This document shows, piece after piece, positions 37,509 through 47,706 of a stretch of DNA of 64,000 nucleotides (its first letter is position 1; the number at the start of each line of letters is the position of its first letter). The DNA comes from Subdoligranulum variabile (GTDB lineage: Bacteria; Bacillota; Clostridia; Oscillospirales; Ruminococcaceae): assembly GCA_004552305.1 (NCBI GenBank), contig SFOX01000008.1, forward strand, positions 8 to 64,007, written 5' to 3'. The position numbers were made by a program, and so were the translations under genes. A model generated the notes under the pieces. That model did not search any database. It was not told the DNA's origin and worked only from the letters and a program-made list of their open reading frames with translations.

Positions 37509-39869
37509 TTACTGGCGGGCTTGCTGGCTTTTTTTGCGGCGCACGGCGGCGGCACACAGGTACACAAGGTACAAAACCCACGCAGCTGCGGTGATTTTTG
37601 ACGATACCCCCAACCCCGGTGTGCGGTAGCTCACGCGGATGTCGCACGCCCCGGCGGGTACATACAGCGCGGTCAAGCCGTTGTCCACCTTTTCCAACCG
37701 GGCGGGGCTGCCGTTGATGGTGGCGGTAAAGCCCTCGTCATACGGCACGCTGAAAAACACCAGCCGGTTGGTGTCGTAGTCGGTGCGGGCGGTAAAGCCG
37801 TAGTTGTCGGCGGCAAATTCCGCCACAGCGGCGGCGCGGCGGTCGGCGCAGTCCTGCGCGTAGGCAGCGGTGGTGCGGTGGGTCAGCTCGTTGTCGGGCA
37901 GGGGCTGCAGCGTGCTGCCGTAGGCGGCGATCTGCGCGTCATCCAACAGCACGGCGCGCAGCAGGATTTGGGCGCGTTCGCTTTCCGGCACGGTTTCCAG
38001 CTGGTCGGCGGTGACATAGTAGTCGTAGGTAAAGCCCATAGGAACGTAGTTTTCGTTCTCGTAGATTTGGTACTGTGCGGTTTCGCCCCACAGTGTCCAG
38101 CCCTCCGGCGCTTCCTTTTGCCAGCCTTCGTCCTCGTCCTTGGCGACCAGCGTGTAGCGCACGCTCAACAGACCGCGCAGGGCGTAGTTTTTGACCTCCG
38201 GCTTGGAGTTGACGTCCCGCTTGACCCCGACGCTGGGATAAAATTCCATAATGCTGGGGGACACGGTCGAATTGAAAAATTGCAGGCAGGGGCGGTGGAA
38301 CCACAGCCCCAGATTGTTGTGCGCGCCGTAGGCATCCAGCCGGTAAAAGCCATCATCGGGCAGGGTCTGCTCAATTTCCTGCACAGAATCGTAGGTTTGC
38401 GGGATCAGGTCGCTGTCGTTCTCCCACTGGGCGTACTTGCCCAGCGAAAGATGCACCGTGCCGTACACAAAGCTGAAGCCCAAGATCCCCGCCAGCAGGA
38501 TGCTGCACCAGCGGCGCTTGTCGCGGGCAAAATGCCACAAAAGTCCAAACAGAACAACACCCAACAGCGTCACGCCCCAGATGCCCCAGAAGCGGGCGGG
38601 TTCGTCGGTGACGCCAAGGATAAAGTTGCCGTCCTTGTCCTTATTGGGAACCAGCGCAAAGGCGGCGGCGCTGAGCGTGACCAGCAAAACCAGCCGCCAC
38701 GCAGGCGGTATCTCTTTTTCCGCCAGATGCGGGCGCGAGAAAGAATATGACGTTGCAGCGCACAAAATCAGAATCGGCATATAGTACCAGCGGGCATAAT
38801 AGCTGGAATTTAAGGCGTAGAACGCGCTGTTCAGCACCGGCACAAAGGCGCAGACAATGCACGCCTTGAGGATGTAGGTAAAGGGATGGCTGCGCTTGGC
38901 GCGCATAAACGCCAGCCCGCCCGCCAGCCCGACCAGCGGCAGGTAGGCAGTCATACTGGTGTGCTTTAAGATGCCCTCTTGGAACATATCCTTAAAATAG
39001 GGGGCATCCGGCATCAAAAAGGCGCTGTAAAAAATGGCGGGGTACTGCTGGGATTTGCCGTACACAAGGTAGCCATACCCGGTAAAAGGCGCGATGGTGC
39101 GCGGATTTTTCACAAGCGAAATGCCAGCTGGCAGCAGCATCAGGCAGCCCATGGCACAGCCCAGCAGCGTTTCAAACGCCAGCGTGCAGAAGCTGCGCAC
39201 CCCCAGCTTGTATGCCCCGGCGGCGACCATGGCAAAAAAGTAGATGACCAAAAACACCGCCTGCCCGGCGAAAAAGAAGTAGCTGTTTAAAAGGTTCACG
39301 GCGACCCAGAAGGGGAACGCGCCGCGTTTGCCGTCCAGCACGGCGGCGTCCAGCGCTGCCAGCATAAACGGAAACAACGCTATAACGTCAATAAAATGGT
39401 TAAAAAAGATGTTATACACCGAAAATCCGCAAAAGGCGTACAGCACGGCGGCAACCACGCTCCAATTGTCCACACCGAGCCAGCGCCGCGCCCACAGGTA
39501 CGCGCCGCCGCCCGCCACGGCAAATTTTACGCAGAGCAGCGGCACCAGCATATAGGGCATAAACCGCGCAGGTACGAAAATGCTCAGCCAGAAAAACGGG
39601 CTGCCCAGCAGGTAGAACGAGTAGGAGTTCATAAACCCGGAGCCTAAATCGGTTTCCCAGCTGTAGCTGCCCCCCTGTTTGAGAAAGCTGTTGGCGTACT
39701 GGTAAAAATTGATCTGCTGGTCGTTAAAATCCCCGGCGTAGTGGAAGTACCCGCCGCCCCGGACAGCGTCGATGAGGCAGTGCGGCAAAAACAGCAGCGC
39801 TGCCAGCAGAAAGCAGATGCCGAACACCTGCCAGAAGCGGCTTTTGGATTTTGATGGCAAAAATTTCAT
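37509..39869 (-). CDS. YfhO-family membrane glycosyltransferase-like protein
   Basis: About 786 aa from MKFLPSK (an alternative ATG lies 12 nt upstream). Many TMs followed by a C-terminal extracytoplasmic domain. Confidence 0.8.
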   Translation of the reverse strand: MKFLPSKSKSRFWQVFGICFLLAALLFLPHCLIDAVRGGGYFHYAGDFNDQQINFYQYANSFLKQGGSYSWETDLGSGFMNSYSFYLLGSPFFWLSIFVPARFMPYMLVPLLCVKFAVAGGGAYLWARRWLGVDNWSVVAAVLYAFCGFSVYNIFFNHFIDVIALFPFMLAALDAAVLDGKRGAFPFWVAVNLLNSYFFFAGQAVFLVIYFFAMVAAGAYKLGVRSFCTLAFETLLGCAMGCLMLLPAGISLVKNPRTIAPFTGYGYLVYGKSQQYPAIFYSAFLMPDAPYFKDMFQEGILKHTSMTAYLPLVGLAGGLAFMRAKRSHPFTYILKACIVCAFVPVLNSAFYALNSSYYARWYYMPILILCAATSYSFSRPHLAEKEIPPAWRLVLLVTLSAAAFALVPNKDKDGNFILGVTDEPARFWGIWGVTLLGVVLFGLLWHFARDKRRWCSILLAGILGFSFVYGTVHLSLGKYAQWENDSDLIPQTYDSVQEIEQTLPDDGFYRLDAYGAHNNLGLWFHRPCLQFFNSTVSPSIMEFYPSVGVKRDVNSKPEVKNYALRGLLSVRYTLVAKDEDEGWQKEAPEGWTLWGETAQYQIYENENYVPMGFTYDYYVTADQLETVPESERAQILLRAVLLDDAQIAAYGSTLQPLPDNELTHRTTAAYAQDCADRRAAAVAEFAADNYGFTARTDYDTNRLVFFSVPYDEGFTATINGSPARLEKVDNGLTALYVPAGACDIRVSYRTPGLGVSSKITAAAWVLYLVYLCAAAVRRKKSQQARQ

Positions 39870-39959
39870 TTTCGGCTCCATTGTCCCGTTTATCGGATTT
39901 CGGAAAATAAGAAATCGTGGTATACTGATACTATACCACATCGAAAGGAAAGAATAAAG

Positions 39960-40547
39960 ATGAAAACCTATCCGTTCAGCGCCCTGCTGGGGCGTATGAA
40001 ATATATCACCCGCTGGAGCCTGATGCGCTCCGCCCGCCCCGAAAGCCTGAGCGAGCATACCGCCGACACGGCGCTGCTGGCGCACACATTGTGCCTGATC
40101 GCCCAAAAATGCACCGGCACGGGGGCGAACATCCGCCCCGATGTGGTGGCGACGGCGGCATTATATCACGATGCACCGGAGATTTTGACCGGGGATATGC
40201 CCACGCCGGTCAAGTACAAGAACGAGGCGCTGCGCACAGCGTACAAGCAGGTCGAGCAGGAGAGCGCCCGGCTGATGGCAAGCCTGCAGCCGCCCGAGCT
40301 GCGCCCCGTGACCGAAGGCTACCTGACCGGCAGCGTGCTGAACGCCGACGAGGCAAAGCTTTTGAAGGCGGCGGATCGGCTTTCGGCGCTGATCAAATGT
40401 ATGGAGGAGGACTCGCACGAGTTTGCCGCCGCCAAGGCGCAGCAGACGCAGGCGCTGCACGAGATGCACTGCCCGGAGGCAGAGTATTTTATGCAGTATA
40501 TGCTGCCCTGCTATGCGGAAAATTTGGACGAACTGACGAAAATTTGA
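39960..40547 (+). CDS. YfbR-like HD-domain 5'-deoxynucleotidase
   Basis: 195 aa. SEHTADTALLAH...YHDAPEILTGD. Confidence 0.85.
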   Translation: MKTYPFSALLGRMKYITRWSLMRSARPESLSEHTADTALLAHTLCLIAQKCTGTGANIRPDVVATAALYHDAPEILTGDMPTPVKYKNEALRTAYKQVEQESARLMASLQPPELRPVTEGYLTGSVLNADEAKLLKAADRLSALIKCMEEDSHEFAAAKAQQTQALHEMHCPEAEYFMQYMLPCYAENLDELTKI

Positions 40548-40610
40548 GAGTTTAGAGTTGAGAGTTTAGAGTTTAGATTTGGTGTGTCCGCGCAAGCGGA
40601 CACATTTTTA
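40546..40610 (+). repeat. Heptad-repeat + terminator-hairpin module (M8), overlapping the stop codon
   Basis: tGAGAGTT TAGAGTT GAGAGTT TAGAGTT TAGATTT GG TGTGTCCGC-gcaa-GCGGACACA TTTTT. Confidence 0.85.
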
Positions 40611-40628
40611 TAGAGCGGGATGAGAAAG

Positions 40629-40742
40629 CCTTCTCCCTTGGGGAGAAGGTGGCGCGCCTGCGCGCCGGATGAGGGGGAAACGTCCGGCAGACTCCCCCTC
40701 ATCAGTCACCTGCGGTGACAGCTTCCCCCAAAGGGGAGAAGC
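40629..40742 (+). repeat. Five-hairpin element, full copy
   Basis: Collinear with 17870-17982. Hairpin 1 is ccttctccc-ttg-gggagaagg, a compensatory c>t / g>a change. Confidence 0.8.
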
Positions 40743-40925
40743 CATACCGATACCCGCAAAATCGCGGGCGGGGCATGCCCCGCCCCTACCGCGCAATGAT
40801 TTGTATTGCCCCGTAGGGCGGGGTGACCCCACCCCGCCGGGGAAATGGACAATAGCCGCAAATTTCCCCCTCATCAGTCACCTGCGGTGACAGCTTCCCC
40901 CAAAGGGGGAAGCCATACCGATACC
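40743..40925. repeat. REP units plus a partial five-hairpin copy (40866-40913)
   Basis: gggcggggcatgccccgcccctac, gtagggcggggtgaccccaccccgcc, then ccccctcatcagtcacctgcggtgacagcttcccccaaagggggaagc. Confidence 0.8.
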
Positions 40926-40942
40926 CATAAACCCGCAGTCGG

Positions 40943-41920
40943 TCACTCCTGCAATTTATACACCGCGTCGATCAGGGTGTCCACGTCGGTGAAATGCTCC
41001 AGCATCGAGCAGTAGCGGCGCAGGGCGGCGGCACCGCGCAAGCCTTTCATATAATGCATGGCTTGGCTGCGGGCTTGGGGCATGGCCAGCCATTCGCCCT
41101 TGTCCTCACACATTTCGTAAATCTGCGCGCGCAGGGTGTTCATCCGCTGGTTCAGCGTCGGCTCGGCGGGGGCGGGCTGCCCCAAAAGCGCCGCACGCAC
41201 GCGGTCAAACAGCCACGGTTCGCCCAAGGCACCGCGCCCGATCATCACACCGTCACAGCCGGTGCGCTGCAAAAGTTCCAGCGCGCCCTCGGCGGTGGTC
41301 ACATCGCCGTTTGCCAGCACCGGGATCCCCACCGCCGCCTTGATCTCGGCAATGGCCTCGGCGTTGATGGGCGGCACATACATCTGCTCGCGCGTGCGCC
41401 CGTGTACCGCCAGCAGGTCGGCGCCGCCTGCCTCGCACTGCTTGGCGACCTCCACGCCGGTTCGGTTGGCTTCGTCCCAGCCGATGCGCATTTTTACGGT
41501 CAGCGGCTTTTCGTCCCCCAAAGCGCGGCGGGCGGCGGCGACCATCTGCCCGCACAGCGGCGGGTCCAGCAGCAGCTTGCTGCCTGCCCCGCTGTTCGTG
41601 ATTTTGGGCGCGGGGCAGCCCATATTGATGTCCAGAATATCAAAGGCGATGCCCTTTTCCTGCACGGCGTACACTGCCTTTTCCAGCGCGGCAGGCTCTG
41701 CCCCGAACAGCTGGATGGCGTACAGCCCGTGGGGCTGCTTGTCCTTTAACAGCGCAAAGGACTTGGCATCGTTAAAATTCAACGCCTTGGCGCTTGCCAT
41801 CTCGCTGACGGTCCACGCCGCGCCGTGGTCTGCCATCAGGTGGCGGCAGGCGGCGTCGGTCAGCCCTGCCATCGGCGCAAACACCGCGCCGGTGGGAATT
41901 TCCAGATTGCGTAACTGCAT
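40943..41920 (-). CDS. dusB: tRNA-dihydrouridine synthase
   Basis: 325 aa from MQLRNLEI. APMAGLTD, and ILDINMGCP with the catalytic Cys. Confidence 0.9.
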   Translation of the reverse strand: MQLRNLEIPTGAVFAPMAGLTDAACRHLMADHGAAWTVSEMASAKALNFNDAKSFALLKDKQPHGLYAIQLFGAEPAALEKAVYAVQEKGIAFDILDINMGCPAPKITNSGAGSKLLLDPPLCGQMVAAARRALGDEKPLTVKMRIGWDEANRTGVEVAKQCEAGGADLLAVHGRTREQMYVPPINAEAIAEIKAAVGIPVLANGDVTTAEGALELLQRTGCDGVMIGRGALGEPWLFDRVRAALLGQPAPAEPTLNQRMNTLRAQIYEMCEDKGEWLAMPQARSQAMHYMKGLRGAAALRRYCSMLEHFTDVDTLIDAVYKLQE

Positions 41921-42019
41921 ACAAAAGTTCCTTTTTTCAAAAATTACCACTTTATTCTACCACAAATCCGCCATTTGTGGTATACTTATTTTGTATATTG
42001 TGATTGTAAGGAGTACGCT

Positions 42020-44524
42020 ATGAAACTGATGGTACTGGACGGCAACAGCTTGGTCAACCGCGCGTTCTTCGGCATAAAGCTGCTGACCACCAAGGATGGC
42101 CGCTACACCAACGCCATATTTGGCTTTCAAAATATTTTGCTGAATCTGCTGGCGGCGCACAAGCCGGACGCCGTTGCCATTGCGTGGGACCTGCGTGCGC
42201 CAACCTTCCGCCACAAGGCCTACGACGGCTACAAGGCGACCCGCCACGGTATGCCCGACGAGCTGGCGCAGCAGATGCCCGTACTGAAAGAGCTGCTGAC
42301 CGACCTCGGCTTTGTGCAGGTCAGCTGCGAGGGCTGGGAGGCGGACGACATTCTGGGTACGCTGGCCGCCGCGTGTGAGGCGCAGGGCGGCACGACGCTG
42401 CTTGCCACCGGCGACCGCGACAGCCTGCAATTGGTGGACGATGCCACCACCGTGCTGCTTGCCACCAACAAGGAAACCATCCCCATGGATCCGGCTGCCA
42501 TCCGCGAAAAATACGGCGTGGAACCCAAACAGCTCATCGACGTAAAAAGCCTGATGGGCGACAGCTCCGACAATATCCCCGGCGTACCCGGCATCGGGGA
42601 AAAGACCGCTTTAGCGTTGATTTCCAAGTTCGGCAGCCTGCAAAATGTCTATGACCATCTGGATGACAAGTCCATCAAGCCGGGGCAGCGCGCCAAGCTG
42701 AGCGACAACCGCGACAAAGCGGAGCTTTCGTATAGGTTGGGCACCATCCGCACCGATGCGCCCATTGAAAAGAACCCCGAAGCCTATCGGCGCGGGGCGG
42801 GCGATGCGGCGGCAGCCGCCCGGCTTTTGGCAGAACTGGAAATGCACAAGCTGACCCAGCGCTGGCAGCTGGACCCCGCAGCCCCCGCGGCAGCCGCCGC
42901 ACCGGCGGAGGAGGTGGAGCCTTCGCCGCTGCCGCTCTTGGTGGAGGGGGTGCTGTACCTTGCCCAAAACGCCGACGGCAGCTGGTACGCCGTGCAAAAC
43001 GGCGAGGTCTTTCTGCCCGATGCCGACCGCCTGCCTGCTTTGCTGGACAGCGGCTGCGAGCTGCGCGTCTTTGACGCCAAGCCCCTGTTCCGCCAGGCGC
43101 TGGAAAACGGCGGCGAGGGACGCGCCGTAAAGTTTGACGGCAAGCTGGCAGCCTACCTGCTGAACCCCTCTGCCAGCGGGTATGCCGTCAAGGAATTGGC
43201 GGCAGAATATGGCATAGCACCGCAGTTTTCCTGCGCTGCTGCGCCCGATGCCGGGGTGCTTTGCCCGCTGCTGGACAAGCTGCAGGACGAATTAAAAGCC
43301 GACGGGCAGGACAAGCTGCTGACCGAGATGGAGCTGCCGCTGGCGCGGGTGCTGGCGGATATGGAGCGCATCGGCTTTGCCATTGACGCCGACGGCATTG
43401 CGCAGTTTGGCGACAGCCTGCGCGGCGAACTGGACGGTATTCTGCAAAATATTTATACAGAAGTCGGCTATCCGTTCAACGTAAACAGCCCCAAGCAGCT
43501 GGGCGATGCGCTGTTTGACAAGATGGGGCTGCCGCCGCGCAAAAAGACCCAGCGCGGCTATTCGACCGACGCCGAAACGCTGGAAAGCCTTCGCCCCTAC
43601 AGCCCGGTCATTGATGACATCTTAAAATATCGCACCTACGCAAAATTGCTCTCCACCTATGTGGATGGGCTGCTGGCGGCCAAAGCGCCGGACGGGCGCG
43701 TACACTCGACCTTTATCCAGACCGAGGCGCGCACCGGGCGCATTTCCTCCAGCGAGCCGAACCTGCAAAACATCCCCATCCGCACCGAGCTGGGCAGCCG
43801 CCTGCGCGGGTATTTTGTGGCAGCGCCCGGCTGCACGCTGGTGGACGCCGACTACTCCCAGATCGAGCTGCGCATCTTGGCGCACATCACGGGGGACGAG
43901 CATATGCAGCAGGCGTTTTTGAACGGCGCGGATATCCACCGTTCCACCGCTGCCAAAATTTACCATATCCCCGAGAGCGAGGTCACCCCCCAGCTGCGCA
44001 GCGCCAGCAAGGCGATCAACTTCGGCATTATGTACGGCAAGGGGGCGTATTCGCTCAGCAAGGATTTGGGAATTTCGGTCAAGGAGGCGGACGCCTTTTT
44101 GAAAACCTATCTGGACACCTTCCCCAAAGTGGACGGCTATATGCAAAGCTGCATTGCCGATGCCAAGGAAAAAGGCTACGTTGCTACGCTGTTTAACCGC
44201 CGCCGCGCCCTGCCGGAGCTGGCAAGCAGCAATTTTCAGGTGCGCGCCGGGGGCGAGCGTATGGCGCGCAACACGCCCATTCAGGGTACGGCAGCGGACA
44301 TTATCAAGCTGGCGATGGTACACGTCTGGCAGCGTCTGCGCGACGAAAAATTGCAGGCACGGCTGCTGCTGCAGGTACACGACGAGCTGATCGTGGAAGC
44401 GCCGGAGGCAGAAGCCGAGCGCGTCAAGCAGATTTTGCAGCAGGAAATGGAAAACGTGGTGCATTACAGCGTACCCCTGACCACCGAGGTGGGCGTGGGC
44501 AAAACGTGGCTGCAGGCGCATTGA
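42020..44524 (+). CDS. polA: DNA polymerase I
   Basis: 834 aa from MKLMVLDG (RBS TAAGGAG). 5'-nuclease N-terminus, motif A DYSQIELR, motif C QVHDELI. Confidence 0.96.
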   Translation: MKLMVLDGNSLVNRAFFGIKLLTTKDGRYTNAIFGFQNILLNLLAAHKPDAVAIAWDLRAPTFRHKAYDGYKATRHGMPDELAQQMPVLKELLTDLGFVQVSCEGWEADDILGTLAAACEAQGGTTLLATGDRDSLQLVDDATTVLLATNKETIPMDPAAIREKYGVEPKQLIDVKSLMGDSSDNIPGVPGIGEKTALALISKFGSLQNVYDHLDDKSIKPGQRAKLSDNRDKAELSYRLGTIRTDAPIEKNPEAYRRGAGDAAAAARLLAELEMHKLTQRWQLDPAAPAAAAAPAEEVEPSPLPLLVEGVLYLAQNADGSWYAVQNGEVFLPDADRLPALLDSGCELRVFDAKPLFRQALENGGEGRAVKFDGKLAAYLLNPSASGYAVKELAAEYGIAPQFSCAAAPDAGVLCPLLDKLQDELKADGQDKLLTEMELPLARVLADMERIGFAIDADGIAQFGDSLRGELDGILQNIYTEVGYPFNVNSPKQLGDALFDKMGLPPRKKTQRGYSTDAETLESLRPYSPVIDDILKYRTYAKLLSTYVDGLLAAKAPDGRVHSTFIQTEARTGRISSSEPNLQNIPIRTELGSRLRGYFVAAPGCTLVDADYSQIELRILAHITGDEHMQQAFLNGADIHRSTAAKIYHIPESEVTPQLRSASKAINFGIMYGKGAYSLSKDLGISVKEADAFLKTYLDTFPKVDGYMQSCIADAKEKGYVATLFNRRRALPELASSNFQVRAGGERMARNTPIQGTAADIIKLAMVHVWQRLRDEKLQARLLLQVHDELIVEAPEAEAERVKQILQQEMENVVHYSVPLTTEVGVGKTWLQAH

Positions 44525-44590
44525 GCAGAGTTTAGAGTGGAAAGTTAAGAGTTAAGATAAGGTGCGCCGCCTGCGGCGGCGCAGTTTAAA
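44525..44590 (+). repeat. Heptad-repeat + hairpin module (M9) abutting the polA stop
   Basis: gCAGAGTT TAGAGTG GAAAGTT AAGAGTT AAGATAA GG TGCGCCGCC-tgc-GGCGGCGCA GTTTAAAAA. Confidence 0.8.
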
Positions 44591-44624
44591 AAGAACGAAG
44601 CAAAACAAAAAATGGTGAAAGTGT

Positions 44625-45632
44625 ATGTATGTTTTAGGAATTGAATCTACCTGCGACGAAACCGCCGCCGCGGTGGTGGAGGACGGGCGCAGGGTCGTTT
44701 CCAACGTGATCGCCACCAGCGTCAAGGAGCAGGCGCTGTACGGCGGCGTTGTGCCGGAAATTGCCAGCCGCCGCCATGCCGAGTATATCAGTGCCACCGT
44801 GGACAAGGCACTGGCGGACGCGGGGCTGACCATGCAGGACATCGGCGCGGTGGCGGTGACCTTTGCGCCGGGGCTGATCGGCGCGGTGCTGGTGGGTGTC
44901 AACTACGCCAAGGGGCTGGCTTACGCCGCCGGCAAGCCGCTGGTGCCGGTGCATCACCTGCGCGGACACATTGCCGCCAACTACCTGACCCACCCGGAGC
45001 TGAAGCCGCCGTTTTTGTGCCTGGTTGCCAGCGGCGGACACAGCCACATTGTGATGGTGGAGGACTGGTGCCGCTACAAAATTTTGGGGCGCACGGTGGA
45101 CGATGCCGCCGGCGAAGCCTACGATAAGGTCGCCCGCACCTTGGGGCTGCCGTACCCCGGCGGTCCCAGCGTGGCGGCTGCCGCGCGCGGCGGCAACCCC
45201 AAGGCGTACAAGCTGCCCGTGCCGCAGGTGGAGGGCAAGTACAATGTCAGCTTCAGCGGGCTGAAAACCGCCGTCATCAACGAGGTACACAACGCCGAGC
45301 AAAAGGGCAACGCCGTGAACGTGGCCGATATGGCAGCCAGCTTTCAGGAGCGCATCGACCAGATTCTGGCGAAAAAGCTGCTGACCGCTGCCGCCGACAC
45401 GGGGGCAAAAACCATCTGTTTAGCGGGCGGCGTGGCAGCCAACGGACGTCTGCGCCAGCTTGTCAACGATGGCGCACAGAAGCTGGGCTGCCGGGTGTTT
45501 TTGCCGGAGCTGAAATACTGCGGCGACAACGGCGCGATGATCGCCGCGCAGGGGTATTACGAGTACCGCGACGGCAACCTTGCCGACTGGACGCTGAACG
45601 GTCTGCCGACCTTGCCGATCGATTATCGGTAA
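44625..45632 (+). CDS. tsaD: tRNA N6-adenosine threonylcarbamoyltransferase
   Basis: 335 aa. GIESTCDETAAAV, VHHLRGH. Confidence 0.95.
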   Translation: MYVLGIESTCDETAAAVVEDGRRVVSNVIATSVKEQALYGGVVPEIASRRHAEYISATVDKALADAGLTMQDIGAVAVTFAPGLIGAVLVGVNYAKGLAYAAGKPLVPVHHLRGHIAANYLTHPELKPPFLCLVASGGHSHIVMVEDWCRYKILGRTVDDAAGEAYDKVARTLGLPYPGGPSVAAAARGGNPKAYKLPVPQVEGKYNVSFSGLKTAVINEVHNAEQKGNAVNVADMAASFQERIDQILAKKLLTAAADTGAKTICLAGGVAANGRLRQLVNDGAQKLGCRVFLPELKYCGDNGAMIAAQGYYEYRDGNLADWTLNGLPTLPIDYR

Positions 45633-45641
45633 AATAACGAT

Positions 45642-45673
45642 AAAACGCCGTCCCGAAGGGGGCGGCGTTTTGG
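45642..45673 (+). terminator. Intrinsic terminator after tsaD
   Basis: aaacgccgtccc-gaa-ggggcggcgttt followed by tgg. Confidence 0.7.
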
Positions 45674-45684
45674 TTATAGCACGA

Positions 45685-46050
45685 TGTAGGGCGGGGTGAC
45701 CCCACCCCGCCGGGCAACATAAAATTTTATGGCATTTCCCCCTTTGGTTGTAGGGGCGAGCATTGCTCGCCCGCGGGGTTTACCCGTTAGGCTGCGCTGC
45801 CGGGATGGCTGCACGGGCGGTCAATGACCGCCCCTACAAACCAACCCGCAAGATTGCAATTGCCGTTATGCCGCGGGCGGGGCAATGCCCCGCCCCTACC
45901 GCGCAACATATTTTTATTGCCCCGTAGGGCGGGGTGACCTCACCCCGCCAAGGGATTTGGCGGCAGCCGCAATTTTCCCCCTCATCAGTCACCTTCGGTG
46001 ACAGCTTCCCCCAAGGGGGAAGCCTTACAGGCGGTTACCCGTTGGGTCGC
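45685..46050. repeat. REP/BIME-like cluster plus a partial five-hairpin copy (45977-46023)
   Basis: 45731-45840 is the reverse complement of about 28740-28860 (gcgagc / gcggtc hairpin pair). Confidence 0.85.
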
Positions 46051-46062
46051 GGGGCATACCTT

Positions 46063-47082
46063 TTAATTCAGCTGCATCCCGAAAAACTCCAGCTCCGGGC
46101 GGATGGTTGCCATCAGTGTGTCGAACTGGTCGGGGGTCAGGCTCTGTGCGCCGTCGCTCTTAGCCTTGGCGGGGTCGTTGTGCGTTTCGATCATCAAGCC
46201 GTCCGCGCCCACTGCCACGGCTGCCTTGGCAAGGGCAGGTACCATAAACGCGATGCCCGCCGCGTGGCTGGGGTCGATCACAACCGGCAGATGCGTCATC
46301 TTTTTTAACATAGGTACGGCGGAAATATCCAGTGTGTTGCGCATACTGGTTTCAAACGTGCGGATGCCGCGCTCGCACAAAACCACGTTGGGGTTGCCCT
46401 CCGCCATAATGTATTCGGCGCTCATCACCAGCTCCTCCAGCGTGGCGGACAGCCCGCGCTTGAGCAAAACCGGCGTCTGCAATTTGCCCACCGCCTTCAG
46501 CAGCTCAAAGTTCTGCATATTGCGCGCACCGATCTGGATCATATCCACACCCGCTTCCTCAAACAGCGGGATATGCTCGGCGCTCATCAGCTCGGTCACG
46601 ATGGGTTGCCCCGTCACTGTGCGGGCGTGCTGCAGCATCTCCAGCCCCTCGGCGCGCAGCCCCTGAAAGCTGTACGGGCTGGTGCGCGGCTTGAACGCGC
46701 CGCCGCGCAAAATGCTGGCTCCGGCGGCCTGCACCCGCTGCGCCACATAGGTGATCTGCTCGCGGCTTTCGACACTGCACGGACCCGACATCACCACAAA
46801 ATGCCCGCCGCCGATCTTATGCCCCGCCACGTCCACCACGGTGTCGTCCGGGTGGAATTTGCGGTTGGCTTTCTTGTACGGCTCGCTGACGCGGCGGCAG
46901 GTTTCGACCACGGGGTTGGCAAGCACCCAGCTTTCGGACAGGGCCTTGGTGTCGCCGATCAGCCCCAGAATGTGGGTATCGCTGCCGACAGAATCATTGA
47001 TCTGGAAGCCCATGCTTTCCAGCTCTCGGCAAAAGCCTGCCACCTGCTCGGCGGCGGCGTGGGGTTTTAATACAACAATCAT
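46063..47082 (-). CDS. aroF: 3-deoxy-7-phosphoheptulonate (DAHP) synthase, type I-beta with an N-terminal regulatory domain
   Basis: 339 aa from MIVVLKP (RBS AGGAG). KPRTSPYSFQG. Confidence 0.9.
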   Translation of the reverse strand: MIVVLKPHAAAEQVAGFCRELESMGFQINDSVGSDTHILGLIGDTKALSESWVLANPVVETCRRVSEPYKKANRKFHPDDTVVDVAGHKIGGGHFVVMSGPCSVESREQITYVAQRVQAAGASILRGGAFKPRTSPYSFQGLRAEGLEMLQHARTVTGQPIVTELMSAEHIPLFEEAGVDMIQIGARNMQNFELLKAVGKLQTPVLLKRGLSATLEELVMSAEYIMAEGNPNVVLCERGIRTFETSMRNTLDISAVPMLKKMTHLPVVIDPSHAAGIAFMVPALAKAAVAVGADGLMIETHNDPAKAKSDGAQSLTPDQFDTLMATIRPELEFFGMQLN

Positions 47083-47149
47083 CGTTTTGGCGCTCCTGTT
47101 TCTGTAGTACACACAGTTTAACACTGTAAAGCGATAAAGTCAAGCCCCC

Positions 47150-47178
47150 TTGTAAAATTTCCCTTATGGAAGTATAAT
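47150..47178 (+). promoter_or_regulatory. ybaK promoter
   Basis: TTGTAA-N17-TATAAT. Confidence 0.5.
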
Positions 47179-47211
47179 AAAAGCGAATTTGCACAAAAGA
47201 GGGGAACAATT

Positions 47212-47706
47212 ATGGCAAAGGAAGCAAAAACCAACGCAATGCGTATGCTGGAGCGCGCAAAGATCCCGTACACCGCCCACGAATACCCCCACGAGGAGGG
47301 ACAGGCGGTGGACGGCGCCAACGTGGCGCGTCTGACCGGGCAGGACCCTGCGCGGGTGTTCAAGACGCTGGTCACGCAGGGCGCGGACCGCAACTATTAT
47401 GTCTTTGTTGTGCCGGTGCTGGCGGAGCTGGACCTGAAAAAGGCCGCCAAGTCCGCCGGGGTCAAGAGCGTGGCGATGATCCACGTGGCCGACATCAACA
47501 AGGTCACGGGGTATATCCGCGGCGGCTGCAGCCCCGTGGGGATGAAAAAGCAGTACCTGACGGTTTTTGACGAAAGCTGCCTGACGCAGGACACCATTTT
47601 GGTCAGCGGCGGGCGCATCGGCACGCAGATCGAGTGCGCCCCGCAGCAGCTGATTGCCGCCGTGCGCGGCAAGACCGCCGCCATCACGCAGGAGCAGGCA
47701 GAATGA
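47212..47706 (+). CDS. ybaK: Cys-tRNA(Pro)/Cys-tRNA(Cys) deacylase (YbaK/EbsC family)
   Basis: 164 aa. KTNAMRMLE start and YbaK-domain motifs. Confidence 0.88.
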   Translation: MAKEAKTNAMRMLERAKIPYTAHEYPHEEGQAVDGANVARLTGQDPARVFKTLVTQGADRNYYVFVVPVLAELDLKKAAKSAGVKSVAMIHVADINKVTGYIRGGCSPVGMKKQYLTVFDESCLTQDTILVSGGRIGTQIECAPQQLIAAVRGKTAAITQEQAE